DNA of 64,000 nucleotides from Escherichia coli (GTDB lineage Bacteria; Pseudomonadota; Gammaproteobacteria; Enterobacterales; Enterobacteriaceae): NCBI RefSeq assembly GCF_044324875.1, contig NZ_CP172185.1; one strand, 5' to 3'. Shown piece by piece: positions 31,664 to 41,870 of this stretch (position 1 is its first letter; each line of letters starts with the position of its first letter). The notes under the pieces were generated by a model. It saw only the letters and a program-made list of their open reading frames with translations, ran no database searches and was not told where the DNA came from. The position numbers and the translations under genes were made by a program.

Positions 31664-33199
31664 TCAGTGGTAGTAGCCCGGACCACGCAGGTTTTCATGC
31701 TCTGAAGCATATGCCGGATGTTGTTCGCCCTGGCGGGATAATGGAAGCTCCAGGTTCTCCCGATGGTGACGCAGCAGATTGTCGATAAAGCGTCTGTCAG
31801 GGGCGTTATAGTGCAGGGCAACGTAACAGGCCTTTTCCAGCCGTTCCGGGCCGTATTTTTTCTGAAGTGCCAGCAGCCCCAGAACTGCACGATAAGCCAG
31901 TTCCGGATGGGGTTTTGCCTTCAGCATGGATTCAACCACCCGGCCTGTGGACGGGCCCGTACGTTTTCCCTGCTCGATCAGGCGTTCCGGTGTCCATGTC
32001 CCGTGCTGCCGGTGGCGCTCTGGCATGTGAAGCGGATTGGTTGTGTGTTTATATTCATGTGTGCTGCGCGGATGTTGCGCCACACACTGCCCCTTGTGCC
32101 AGAGCTGTACCACCGACTGCCCCGCCTTCAGTGACAGACGCTGACCGACCAGTTCGTGTGGAACGGAGTACCAGTGACGGGCATATTCAACGTGGTAGTC
32201 AGGGCCAACCTTCACAGCTTTGTATTCCGTGTATTCATAAGGTGCCAGAGGCAGCGGAGAGAGTGCTGGCGCATCCAGTATGCGGAAGCGTTCTGCACGG
32301 GTTTGATTGCCGTACCCCTTCATTGGCCGGTTATTCATGTCTGTCAGTAACTCCCTAAGGCGCGCATTCAGCGCCCTGAGCGTGTGGAAGGTTTCATTAC
32401 GGATGCGGGCAAGAAGCCATCGTTCAACGATGAGGACGCCGTTTTCTGCTTTTGGTTTATCTTTAGGTTTGCGTGGTCGGGCCGGGATGATAACCGTGCC
32501 ATAGTGCTCAGCCAGTGCCTGATAACTGTCGTTGATGACAGGCTCATATCGATCGGCCTTTTTCACTGCGCTTCTGAGGTTATCGGGGATGAGCAGCTTC
32601 GGTACGCCGCCCAGGAAGGTCAGGCAACGGCTGTGGGCATTTAACCATGACATCATGTCCTGACCTTCGCACGCTTCAACGTAGGTATAGTTGGACGCCC
32701 CCATTACGGCCACGAAGATTGCCACGCGGCGTATCTCACCGGTGTCCGGATTAATAACAGGAACCGTAGGACCACAGAAGTCGATAAAAAGCTTTTCGCC
32801 GGCACGATGCTCCTGGCGCATGGAGAGACGTCGCGTTTTTTTCCACTCCCGGTAGCAACGGCAGAAGTGCGAGTATCCCATCGCTTTGTTACCCGCCTGT
32901 GCCTTGTATTCCATCCACAACAGTTGCCGCGTCACACCTGGTTTTCTCATTTCCGTATCGAAGTACAACATGTCAGGCATTACAAGCTCTGATGCAAAGG
33001 TGTCTTTGGGCGGAAAAATGAGTTTCTCCAGCGTGTCATGGGATATATCAGCAGGTAATGGCCATGACAGAGAAGAGGCTTTGAAGCGGGCAAGAACCTC
33101 AAAAACGGTTGAGGCGCTGATGTGTAACGTCAGTCCGATACAACGGTTAGTCAGCTTCTTGTCGAACTTGAGCTGAAGGATCTTAAAACAGGTTTCCAT
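31664..33199 (-). CDS. IS21-family transposase IstA
   Basis: N-terminal HTH and DDE region; start placed at METCFKILQL. Confidence 0.75.
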   Translation of the reverse strand: METCFKILQLKFDKKLTNRCIGLTLHISASTVFEVLARFKASSLSWPLPADISHDTLEKLIFPPKDTFASELVMPDMLYFDTEMRKPGVTRQLLWMEYKAQAGNKAMGYSHFCRCYREWKKTRRLSMRQEHRAGEKLFIDFCGPTVPVINPDTGEIRRVAIFVAVMGASNYTYVEACEGQDMMSWLNAHSRCLTFLGGVPKLLIPDNLRSAVKKADRYEPVINDSYQALAEHYGTVIIPARPRKPKDKPKAENGVLIVERWLLARIRNETFHTLRALNARLRELLTDMNNRPMKGYGNQTRAERFRILDAPALSPLPLAPYEYTEYKAVKVGPDYHVEYARHWYSVPHELVGQRLSLKAGQSVVQLWHKGQCVAQHPRSTHEYKHTTNPLHMPERHRQHGTWTPERLIEQGKRTGPSTGRVVESMLKAKPHPELAYRAVLGLLALQKKYGPERLEKACYVALHYNAPDRRFIDNLLRHHRENLELPLSRQGEQHPAYASEHENLRGPGYYH

Positions 33200-33569
33200 A
33201 GTGCTCCTGGATTTTCTCTTTCTGGACATTGACGTCTCCACTGGTTTAAACACGGCAATGGAGACTGTGGTGAAAAGAGTTAATTCCCGGAGTGACTGGC
33301 AGGATGCCAATCAATGATCGGAAGCATGCCAAATCGTGATCGATTGTGATGCCAAACTGTGATCGGAGATGGATGCCAAATCATGATCGATTCGAATGCC
33401 AAACTGCGATCGATTCAGATGCCATTTTGCAGTTCCCCGTTCTTTACATTCAGGCACTTCCGTTTCCTTTAACGTTTTCGTTACTCTCTGAAGCTTGTGG
33501 TATCTGTGATGGCTGATTCCTGCCGTCATACTGCGAAATTCCGGATATCAGACCGTGGAGGATTCTGCC

Positions 33570-34142
33570 ATGCAACGCTGGTTTCTGCCTTTTCTTTCGA
33601 CTCTGTTGCTGTTACAGGGTTGTGTTGCCGCTGCGCTGGTCGGTACGGCTGCTGTGGGTACTAAAGTGTCAGTGGACCCCCGAAGTGCTGGAACGCAGAT
33701 TGATGATGAAATTCTGGAAGCAAGGGTCAGCCGTGTGCTGTCGAAGGACTCACAACTCAGGGGGGATGCGCGAATCATCGTCACAGCATACCAGGGCACT
33801 GTACTGCTGACAGGGCAGGTACCAGACCGTAGTGAAGGTGAAAAAGCCCGTCAGATTGCAGATGGTGTTGAGGGGACTGTGCAGGTATGGAATGAAATAA
33901 GGACGGGAAAACCACTTCGTGCTGATAAAACAGCTACTGATGCGTGGCTGACCACAAAAATCCGGGCACAGTTACTGAAGAGCAGCAGGGTGAAACTGTC
34001 AGATGTTAAGGTACTGACGGAGAATGGTGAAGTCTTTCTTATGGGGAGAGTTACAGAGAAGGAAGGACAGGCTGCAGCTGATATCGCCAGTCGCGTGGCG
34101 GGGGTGAAACACGTCATCACCGCATTCAGTTATATACGCTGA
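33570..34142 (+). CDS. BON-domain lipoprotein, DolP/YraP-like
   Basis: lipobox LLLQGC, strong parallel to E. coli YraP (CVAAALVGTAAVGTK..., TENGEVFLMGRVTEKE). Confidence 0.7.
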   Translation: MQRWFLPFLSTLLLLQGCVAAALVGTAAVGTKVSVDPRSAGTQIDDEILEARVSRVLSKDSQLRGDARIIVTAYQGTVLLTGQVPDRSEGEKARQIADGVEGTVQVWNEIRTGKPLRADKTATDAWLTTKIRAQLLKSSRVKLSDVKVLTENGEVFLMGRVTEKEGQAAADIASRVAGVKHVITAFSYIR

Positions 34143-34188
34143 GTATGGAGAGCCCGTTCGTTCGGGCTCTGTATTTAGCTTCATTCGT

Positions 34189-34542
34189 TCATCCCTGGCG
34201 TTGCCAGGTGGCACTTCCGTTCTTACAGTCAACGCTCACACGGTACTGAATATCTGCTTTCTTTCCACGGGCAGTGAGATGCACTGTGATGACATTATCA
34301 CCTTTATTTACCGGCTCACGAAGATTCACCCAGACAACGGGACGCTGCTGACCGAGAATTTCCTGGTCATCTTTCCACTGAAACACCTGTTTCTGGAGAT
34401 AGTCCCGTTTGACGCTGGCTGCAACAGCTGATGCTTCCTGTCCTTCACATCGTGGAAAACTGACGGTTCTGTTTTTTTCAGCGGCCAGTGATGATGCGCA
34501 GATACCGAAGATGAGCAGAATGGAAGAGAGTGCTTTGTTCAT
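34189..34542 (-). CDS. YebF-like secreted protein
   Basis: signal peptide plus FPRCEG...ASVKRDY...VSVDCK pattern as in YebF. Confidence 0.6.
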   Translation of the reverse strand: MNKALSSILLIFGICASSLAAEKNRTVSFPRCEGQEASAVAASVKRDYLQKQVFQWKDDQEILGQQRPVVWVNLREPVNKGDNVITVHLTARGKKADIQYRVSVDCKNGSATWQRQG

Positions 34543-34857
34543 TTACAGGACCTCCACAGGGGATAGTTTCATTGCGGAGTTACATTTTAACAACGTAAAA
34601 CAGCATTTCCCGTAACAATCCTCACATAACGTCTTATCCCGTCACTTCCCGTTTCACATGGACAGAACAGTCTGTTTTTTAACCCGTTTTTTCAGTCATT
34701 TCCATAAACAAATCTTCGCTGACGATAAATCTTTTTTCTGCTTAATGATCGATTTTGTCGATCGATACGATATGTACAATTCATTTTACCAATGAGAAAT
34801 CCGTCTTAAAATTGGACAAATTCATATGTCTGAAGGAAACATCAGGAGAGGTGGATT

Positions 34858-35601
34858 GTGAAAAAGTTACTGGCACTCACTGCGGTAGCTGCGCTTACCG
34901 GTACGTTTTCAACGCTGACGCTGGCAGATGCGGATAAAACCGGTTTCTATATCACGGGTAAGGCTGGTGCATCTGTTATCACTCAGGATAATCAGCGCTT
35001 TAGTCAGGACTTTGGGGATGATGTTTATAAGTATAAAGGCGGTGACAAGAGCGATACGGTTTTTGGTGCTGGCCTTGCGGTGGGATACGACTTTTATCAG
35101 CACTACAATGTCCCTGTACGCACGGAAGTTGAATTCTATGGTCGCGGCTCTGCGAATTCCCGCTATCCACTGGATACATGGGAGTCCCCATTTGGAGATA
35201 GTGGCCGGGAAGACACACAAAACAGGCTCAGCGTGAATACCCTGATGGTGAACACGTATTATGATTTCCGAAACAGCAGTGCTTTCACTCCGTGGGTATC
35301 AGCCGGACTGGGCTATGCGCGGGTACATCATAAGGCAACATACACCGATACCTACTGGAATAAATCAGGCGAAGTAAGTACTTCTGCATTACATTACTCG
35401 GGATATGATAACAATTTCGCATGGAGCCTTGGTGTTGGCGTGAAATATGATGTCACTCCGGATTTCAGTCTTGACCTTGCTTATCGCTATCTTGATGCAG
35501 GTGATTCAACCCTGACGTATAAAGACGGGCAGGATACATATAAATCCTCTGTTGATGTCAGAAGTAACGAATTTACGTTAGGCGCTACATACAGCTTCTG
35601 A
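34858..35601 (+). CDS. outer-membrane beta-barrel protein (OmpA-like transmembrane/opacity type)
   Basis: GTG start after AGGAGAG; signal peptide; alternating aromatic beta-strands; C-terminal TYSF. Confidence 0.55.
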   Translation: MKKLLALTAVAALTGTFSTLTLADADKTGFYITGKAGASVITQDNQRFSQDFGDDVYKYKGGDKSDTVFGAGLAVGYDFYQHYNVPVRTEVEFYGRGSANSRYPLDTWESPFGDSGREDTQNRLSVNTLMVNTYYDFRNSSAFTPWVSAGLGYARVHHKATYTDTYWNKSGEVSTSALHYSGYDNNFAWSLGVGVKYDVTPDFSLDLAYRYLDAGDSTLTYKDGQDTYKSSVDVRSNEFTLGATYSF

Positions 35602-35687
35602 ATGTAATATCTGACTACACGTTGTTAAATTCAAAATCGCAGCGTGTAGTCTGATTTGATAGTTTAATACAACAGACAGGTACCTTC

Positions 35688-35882
35688 ATGGCACTTCCTC
35701 AGCCCCCGGTTACGTTCATTTGTACCAGATGTAAGTGGCGTAAAACCATTGTCCATATGGGATGTACTACTGGATTTTCACATTGTCCTCAATGTGGCAG
35801 TAATTCGGTAAAACGGGAAAATGCTGGTGTTGTTACTTCATTATTTTCCTCCCTTTCATCCGTTTTCATGAAAAAATCCTGA
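35688..35882 (+). CDS. small zinc-ribbon protein (CxxC...CxxC)
   Basis: 64-aa ORF with CTRC and CPQC pairs, immediately upstream of the GTPase cluster. Confidence 0.4.
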   Translation: MALPQPPVTFICTRCKWRKTIVHMGCTTGFSHCPQCGSNSVKRENAGVVTSLFSSLSSVFMKKS

Positions 35883-35983
35883 CTGCTGTTATTTTTATAT
35901 TGCTGGTACTTTATTAAAATCCGCTAAGGTTTTGTATCAGAAATAATTCTCAGACAGTAATCGTCATTCCATTCCGGGGATTT

Positions 35984-36652
35984 ATGAATACGAAAGAACA
36001 ATTCAACCAGCTTTATGATGATATCAGTAATCAGATACGCCAGACTGTGAATGATATTTCGCAACTGAGTGTTGAGAATGAAAAAGGACAGATACATCTC
36101 AATAAAATACGGGAACAACTACAGGCATTACATGATAACTTCAATCATAAGCTGGATTACCTGAAGGAGCATGCCGAATGGGACAGGTTTACTGTCGCTT
36201 TTTTTGGCGAAACGAATGCTGGTAAAAGTACCATAATTGAGTCGTTGAGAATATTATTTGATGAAACAACCCGTCGTGAATTCCTGAATAATAATCAAAA
36301 AGATTTACAAAAGTCAGAACAGGAGTTAAGTAAAAACCTGGAACAGTTAAGCCATGATTTGGAATGCGTTTATGGTGATATTGTCGATAAATTCCGTGAC
36401 ATTAGTTTGTCTGTCATGCAGTTACGACAAATTGTTGCTGATGAGAGCGCATTACGTATAAAAATGGAAGAAGATGAAAAGAATGCCCGTCTCCTTACAG
36501 AACAGAATGAAAGTCAGGCCCGGCTGAATATTTTACAGCAACAGACGAATACCAAAGCACGTTTCAGATTATTTGTGACGGCAATTATCAGCATGATTGT
36601 GGGAGGATGTGGATTTCTGTTGCTGAATCAAGTATTCGGGAGCTTACAATGA
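35984..36652 (+). CDS. LeoC-like protein: coiled-coil protein with P-loop (GETNAGKST) and C-terminal hydrophobic helix
   Basis: 222-aa ORF; stop overlaps next start (ATGA). Confidence 0.6.
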   Translation: MNTKEQFNQLYDDISNQIRQTVNDISQLSVENEKGQIHLNKIREQLQALHDNFNHKLDYLKEHAEWDRFTVAFFGETNAGKSTIIESLRILFDETTRREFLNNNQKDLQKSEQELSKNLEQLSHDLECVYGDIVDKFRDISLSVMQLRQIVADESALRIKMEEDEKNARLLTEQNESQARLNILQQQTNTKARFRLFVTAIISMIVGGCGFLLLNQVFGSLQ

Positions 36653-38373
36653 GTAATATTCCATGTTCTGCAGATAATAATCCGGAAAAATATCCGGAAA
36701 CTGTCTGTCAGGAATATAATTGCACAGGCGGCGCGGATGATATCAGGTTCTTTTTTAAAAAAAGTCTGGAGCGTACTGTTAGTTCCGTTATCCGGACCGA
36801 AACATTAAGAAATACTGCAAAACGTGTGGATGGCCTGATCATCGGAACCGGTGAGGCTGATTTTACCAAAGACAACACACACTATAATTTACGCATTGAC
36901 GATAAAGATTTTCAGTTGATTGATGTTCCGGGTATTGAAGGTAATGAAACCTGCTACACACATCTTGTTAAAAAAGCCATTGCGCAGGCTCATCTGGTGG
37001 TTTACGTCAACGGTACCAATAAAAAGCCTGAAACAAGCACCGCAAAGAAGATCAAATCTTATCTGGAATATGGCACTCAGGTTTATCCGTTGATCAATGT
37101 ACGCGGTTATTCTGATGACTATGAATTTGAGGAAGATCGTGTCGCTCTCGAACAACAGGGTAGGGGCGGTGAGGCTTTATGCCAGACTGTTGGGGTGCTC
37201 GCTTCCGTATTAGGGGCGGATGTGTTGCTGAATGGGAACTGTGTACAGGGATTACTGGCATTTTCAGCGTTGGCTTATGACGACAATACACACAGAACAA
37301 CCATTCATCCGTTACGTGATCGAAATCTGGCGGTATATCAACGTGGTTTTTTTAATGTATTTCCTTCCCGTCAGGAAATGCTGACATTCAGCCAGATTGA
37401 TGCCGTCGCTCAGACAATTAAAAATAAGGTCGCAACGTTCCGTGAGGATATTATCGAAAGTAATAAATATAAAGTTCGTGAGACTCTGGATCAATACTTA
37501 CAGGTACTTGAAGAGCAATTAAACAGCCATCACTGCTTTTTACAAAAGACAATACCGGAATTTGAAAAATGCCGGACTGCGTTCAAAAATGCGACTGGTG
37601 AATTTGAACGCCGTATTGCGAACAGTCGTCGCAATCGCTGGAATAGCCTTTTTAATGACCTAGGGAATGCCTGTGATGGTATTGTCGAACATAATTTTGG
37701 TGACAGCAGTGCTATTTCCACACTGATACGTAATGAGTATGAAAAGCGCCGTAAAATGATGGAACAAATGATGCAGGAGGATACTGAAGAGAGTGTAAAG
37801 GTATTACAAGAGCAAACTCTTCAGGCGGTAAATCGTTTGCTGGAAGATATTCACAATGTGGAACTTCAACACCCCCTCAGTTTTGCTAACAGCCGCAGCA
37901 TCGAGTTTAGTGGAGAGATGGTACCTGGTTACGAGCTGGGGATGGCTGATTTCAGTTCAATGGTTTTAAAAATTGGCAGCTATGCAATGTCAGGCAGTGC
38001 AATTGGCAGCATCTTTCCCGTTATTGGTACGCTTGTTGGCTCTGCGGTTGGTGCGTTGCTTGGCATAATAATGACTATTGCGGGTATTTTTACCAGTAAA
38101 GCGTCAAAAATCCGCAAAGCACAAGGAAAAATACGCAACAAGCTGGAGGAAGTGCGGGATAAATCTCTCTGCAGCATACCTGATGAAACCCGCCTCCTGG
38201 TTGCAGCTATTGAAAAAGAACTTGAGTGTGGCCTGCTGCAAAAACTCAACGATATGCAGGTGGATCTGCAACAGCCTGTTGCCATATTCGAAACTCAAAT
38301 CAGTCGAATCACAACATTAAAGAAACAATTGGAGAAAATGCCTTATGGAACAATTCAAACAGTTCAGTATTGA
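36649..38373 (+). CDS. LeoB-like dynamin-family protein with non-canonical G1 and membrane paddle
   Basis: DVPG (G3) present, canonical GKS/T absent; long hydrophobic segment near residue 470. Confidence 0.6.
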   Translation: MSNIPCSADNNPEKYPETVCQEYNCTGGADDIRFFFKKSLERTVSSVIRTETLRNTAKRVDGLIIGTGEADFTKDNTHYNLRIDDKDFQLIDVPGIEGNETCYTHLVKKAIAQAHLVVYVNGTNKKPETSTAKKIKSYLEYGTQVYPLINVRGYSDDYEFEEDRVALEQQGRGGEALCQTVGVLASVLGADVLLNGNCVQGLLAFSALAYDDNTHRTTIHPLRDRNLAVYQRGFFNVFPSRQEMLTFSQIDAVAQTIKNKVATFREDIIESNKYKVRETLDQYLQVLEEQLNSHHCFLQKTIPEFEKCRTAFKNATGEFERRIANSRRNRWNSLFNDLGNACDGIVEHNFGDSSAISTLIRNEYEKRRKMMEQMMQEDTEESVKVLQEQTLQAVNRLLEDIHNVELQHPLSFANSRSIEFSGEMVPGYELGMADFSSMVLKIGSYAMSGSAIGSIFPVIGTLVGSAVGALLGIIMTIAGIFTSKASKIRKAQGKIRNKLEEVRDKSLCSIPDETRLLVAAIEKELECGLLQKLNDMQVDLQQPVAIFETQISRITTLKKQLEKMPYGTIQTVQY

Positions 38374-40078
38374 AAAACTGGCTGCGATTAATTCGCTATC
38401 ACAGTTGCGCGGAATGTTAGAAATGTTGGGAGATTTGGGGATAGACATCAGTGACGATTTACAAAAAATTACTTATGCAATTAATTCCATCGAATCTGAT
38501 GTTCTGCGTATTGCTTTGTTGGGGGCGTTTTCTGATGGCAAAACCAGCGTTATCGCTGCATGGATGGGTAAGATAATGGATGATATGAATATTTCCATGG
38601 ATGAGTCCTCTGATCGGTTGAGTATTTACAAACCGGAAGGTCTGCCAGACCAGTGTGAAATTGTTGATACACCCGGGCTGTTTGGTGATAAAGAGCGTGA
38701 GGTGGACGGGAAACAGGTGATGTATGAAGACCTGACCAAACGCTATATATCTGAAGCTCATCTGATTTTATACGTGGTTGATGCCACTAACCCGCTAAAG
38801 GAGAGCCACAACGACATCGTAAAATGGGTATTGCGCGATTTGAATAAACTCTCTTCAACCATTTTTGTTATCAATAAAATGGATGAAGTGACTGATCTGA
38901 CAGAGCAGGCGCTGTTTGACGAGCAGGCAGCAATTAAAAAGGCGAATCTTAAAGGTAAATTGCAGCGTGCAGCTGCTCTTACCGCTCAGGAGTGTGATCA
39001 GCTAAATATCGTCTGCATTGCTTCAAACCCAAACGGTCGTGGCTTAACGTACTGGTTTGATAAACCAGAACATTATGAAAGTCGTTCGCGCATTAACGAT
39101 CTTAAAAATGCTGCCACCGACATACTGAAAACTAATGTGCCAGAGGTATTGTTAGCGAAAACAGGTATGGACGTGGTGAAAGATATTGTCATTCAGCGTG
39201 CCACCCAGGCAAGCAGACAGTTCGATGAACTGAATCTGTTTGTTGAGAAGAATGACGAGGACATGTGTCGTTTTCAGAACGACATTAAGCAAAGTCGCAT
39301 TGAGGTTAAACGGCTGGCCGGAGAGTTATTTGAAGAGCTGAACCTGATGGAAAAAAAGCTGATGAGTCAACTGCGTTCACTCGATCTGGACGATATCCGC
39401 CCGTTTATGGACGATGAGCTGGGATATACAGAAGATGGGGTTGGCTTTAAGCTTCATCTGCGCATTGAGCAGTCAGTTCATCGTTTTTTCGAACAGTCGA
39501 AAGCGGTCTCGCAACGCTTATCTGATGATATCACTTGTCAGTTGAGCTCCAGCGAGAGCTTTCTAAGTGGCTTAGGCGAAGGCGCATTTCGTTCTTTAGG
39601 CGGGACCTTTAAGGGAGTGTCGAAAATTAGTCCGGCGACGCTCAAAACGACTATTTTGACCGCACGCGATACGATTGGCAAACTAACGGGATATACCTAT
39701 AAATTTAAACCCTGGGAGGCCACGAAACTGGCCGGAAGCATTTCCAAATGGGCTGGTCCTGTGGGTGCAGTGTTTACGATTGGTTCTGATCTATGGGATG
39801 CCTATAAAGCACACGAGCGGGAGCAGGAGCTGAAAAAAGTAAAAGAATCGCTGGCGAAAATCATTAAAGAGCAGTTTGAATATATCTATGACGTACTGAG
39901 TTCTGATGAGAAAATATTCGCCTTTTTTGCACCGCAGATCCAAAAAATGGAGCAGGTTGTTACTGAGCTGGCAGAGAAAAGCCAGGCTATTCGCGACAAC
40001 CGGCAGAAACTGAGCATTATTCAGACGCAGCTTGCACAACTAATGGTTCCAGCCACAGAAAACCATACTGTCAGATAG
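38345..40078 (+). CDS. LeoA-like bacterial dynamin-like GTPase
   Basis: G1 GAFSDGKTS, G3 DTPG, G4 NKMD in canonical spacing; 577 aa. Confidence 0.75.
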   Translation: MEQFKQFSIEKLAAINSLSQLRGMLEMLGDLGIDISDDLQKITYAINSIESDVLRIALLGAFSDGKTSVIAAWMGKIMDDMNISMDESSDRLSIYKPEGLPDQCEIVDTPGLFGDKEREVDGKQVMYEDLTKRYISEAHLILYVVDATNPLKESHNDIVKWVLRDLNKLSSTIFVINKMDEVTDLTEQALFDEQAAIKKANLKGKLQRAAALTAQECDQLNIVCIASNPNGRGLTYWFDKPEHYESRSRINDLKNAATDILKTNVPEVLLAKTGMDVVKDIVIQRATQASRQFDELNLFVEKNDEDMCRFQNDIKQSRIEVKRLAGELFEELNLMEKKLMSQLRSLDLDDIRPFMDDELGYTEDGVGFKLHLRIEQSVHRFFEQSKAVSQRLSDDITCQLSSSESFLSGLGEGAFRSLGGTFKGVSKISPATLKTTILTARDTIGKLTGYTYKFKPWEATKLAGSISKWAGPVGAVFTIGSDLWDAYKAHEREQELKKVKESLAKIIKEQFEYIYDVLSSDEKIFAFFAPQIQKMEQVVTELAEKSQAIRDNRQKLSIIQTQLAQLMVPATENHTVR

Positions 40079-40190
40079 ATGCATAATGCAGTTCCGTACA
40101 TCCGAATTTGAATAACGAATACTCTTTCAGAACTATCTGGATTGAAAGGATGCCTTCTGCTAATCATCGGAAATATGGCTTACTTAAGAC

Positions 40191-40400
40191 ATGAGGGATA
40201 AATCAGTGAGATTATTGTTAAAGGGACTGACTGGAATGGTTATGGCCTGGTTGGTGATCTATTTTGGTATGAAATTATTTTTTCTCACAGATCAGATTCA
40301 TCCGGCATTAAGAACTCTTGTCATGCTGGGGATGTTATTTATGTTGATAATGATTCCCTGTGTAATATGTGGTTCTTTTTTACGAAAGAGGCAGAAATGA
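40191..40400 (+). CDS. small two-helix membrane protein
   Basis: 69-aa ORF with two hydrophobic segments and basic C-terminus. Confidence 0.4.
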   Translation: MRDKSVRLLLKGLTGMVMAWLVIYFGMKLFFLTDQIHPALRTLVMLGMLFMLIMIPCVICGSFLRKRQK

Positions 40401-40485
40401 TAATTCGTCCTGTAATAATGACGAATCAACAAGAAAAATTGATGCATAAGAATGATACATATACTTATCTGTATTAAAGGATGAT

Positions 40486-40971
40486 TTGATGAACATAAAA
40501 AATATTTTTCTGTTTCTTTTTTTTAGTTTATTAGCAGGTAATGCCTTTGCTGCTGCAACAGTGATGGGGTATTGTGAACTGAAGAATGGAAAAACGCTTT
40601 CTGTATGGGCTGGTGATAATGGAAGTTATAATTATACTTTATATGGCAAAAGTGGGACGACAGAGTTACAGCTAAAAGAAGGATTGTTTGGCGTCAGAGC
40701 TTTTCACTATTATCATTCCATACGTGATGGAGTGGGAGCGTTCAAGTACCTCCGGTTTAATAAAGGTGAATATGATTATGTTGTCATGTCGTATGAGGAT
40801 GGTCGTTCCCCCTATTTTGATGGTGTGATAGTATTCAGAAATGGAAACCGAATTGCTCGTCTCGAATGTGCCCATCCATTTACAGGAGCATTTTCTGTTG
40901 AAGAACTGGATGCAGGACATAATCAGGACAGTGAAGATATGGCTGAATATATTATGAGTAATTTTACCTGA
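40486..40971 (+). CDS. secreted hypothetical protein
   Basis: cleavable signal peptide MMNIKNIFLFLFFSLLAGNAFAAA; low GC. Confidence 0.5.
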   Translation: MMNIKNIFLFLFFSLLAGNAFAAATVMGYCELKNGKTLSVWAGDNGSYNYTLYGKSGTTELQLKEGLFGVRAFHYYHSIRDGVGAFKYLRFNKGEYDYVVMSYEDGRSPYFDGVIVFRNGNRIARLECAHPFTGAFSVEELDAGHNQDSEDMAEYIMSNFT

Positions 40972-41105
40972 ATATAATAAATTTAAATATATCAGAATAT
41001 TTTCTGACGATATTGCAATGAAAACTGAATATAATTTTCAGTGGATGAGAAAAACGGACTGATGAAATTATGGTTCTCAGTCCGTTTCATCATAAACTTT
41101 ATCAA

Positions 41106-41870
41106 TCAATCCAGTGTGATTTCTGCAGCCAGTTCTTCTGAGTCTGCATTTGCTATTTTGCTACGTAAGACTGCAACATAAATTACGGCAGGTATTGTAA
41201 CCCTGTAGGCTGTACCACCAACATCCACAAGAGTCCAGATTGCGGTAATCGCCCATCCTACAGGACCAGTTAATACAGCCATTGTTCTGGTCAAAATAGT
41301 ATTACCGGCAAAACTTAATCCTCTTCCGATTAAAGCTTTTAAAATAGCATTAGCCATAATTAATGTAAGCTGATACGATTTGAATCCACCTGCTTTAAAT
41401 ATGAACTGGAATGTTGAAACAAGTGCTTTCGGTGTAAGCCCATCGAGTTTTTTTACACCAATCTCTCGCGCAAATTCTTTCAGTTCATCATCACTCATTT
41501 TTTCAAATGCATCATTGAGTATTTTCAACATGAGGCATTGTTCTATATTTTCAATTGTGCTATTTTTGTTATAGTTAACTTTTAGTTTATCACAAACATC
41601 GGTAAGCACCTCTCTGTATTTAACACCTCGTCCTCCTCTGAGAAGTGTCGCAAAAGTATTACCGCCAAAGCATTGAATTTCAGCTGCAATTTCTCGCCAG
41701 TACTTACTGTGCTGAGGATTATATCTTTTGTAATATTCATTTCCAGAAAGTTCTTCAGTAAAGCGTTTCTTTCCGTCCTTATCATATATTAAGCAATCAA
41801 CCAAATCATTCAGTTCTGCATCAGAACATTTTGATAAAAACTCAAGGTCTTCATCATAACGATATGCCAT
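41106..41870 (-). CDS. YaaW/UPF0174-like protein (DUF3944)
   Basis: LTGPVGWAITAIWTLVDVGGTAYRVTIPAVIYVAVLR resembles the conserved YaaW C-terminal block. Confidence 0.5.
   Translation of the reverse strand: MAYRYDEDLEFLSKCSDAELNDLVDCLIYDKDGKKRFTEELSGNEYYKRYNPQHSKYWREIAAEIQCFGGNTFATLLRGGRGVKYREVLTDVCDKLKVNYNKNSTIENIEQCLMLKILNDAFEKMSDDELKEFAREIGVKKLDGLTPKALVSTFQFIFKAGGFKSYQLTLIMANAILKALIGRGLSFAGNTILTRTMAVLTGPVGWAITAIWTLVDVGGTAYRVTIPAVIYVAVLRSKIANADSEELAAEITLD

Larger units (their letters stand above)
30793..33431 (-). mobile_element. IS21-family insertion sequence (~2.6 kb) with multi-repeat termini and probable 6-bp direct repeat GTTCCC
   Basis: istA-istB pair; repeated GATC-N5-TTGGCATC-like motifs at both ends; GTTCCC at 30787-30792 and 33432-33437; exact ends approximate. 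Confidence 0.7.

Noticed and set aside
31278-32644. Plus-strand ORFs inside the IS21 element
   Set aside because: Antisense to istA/istB; no motifs
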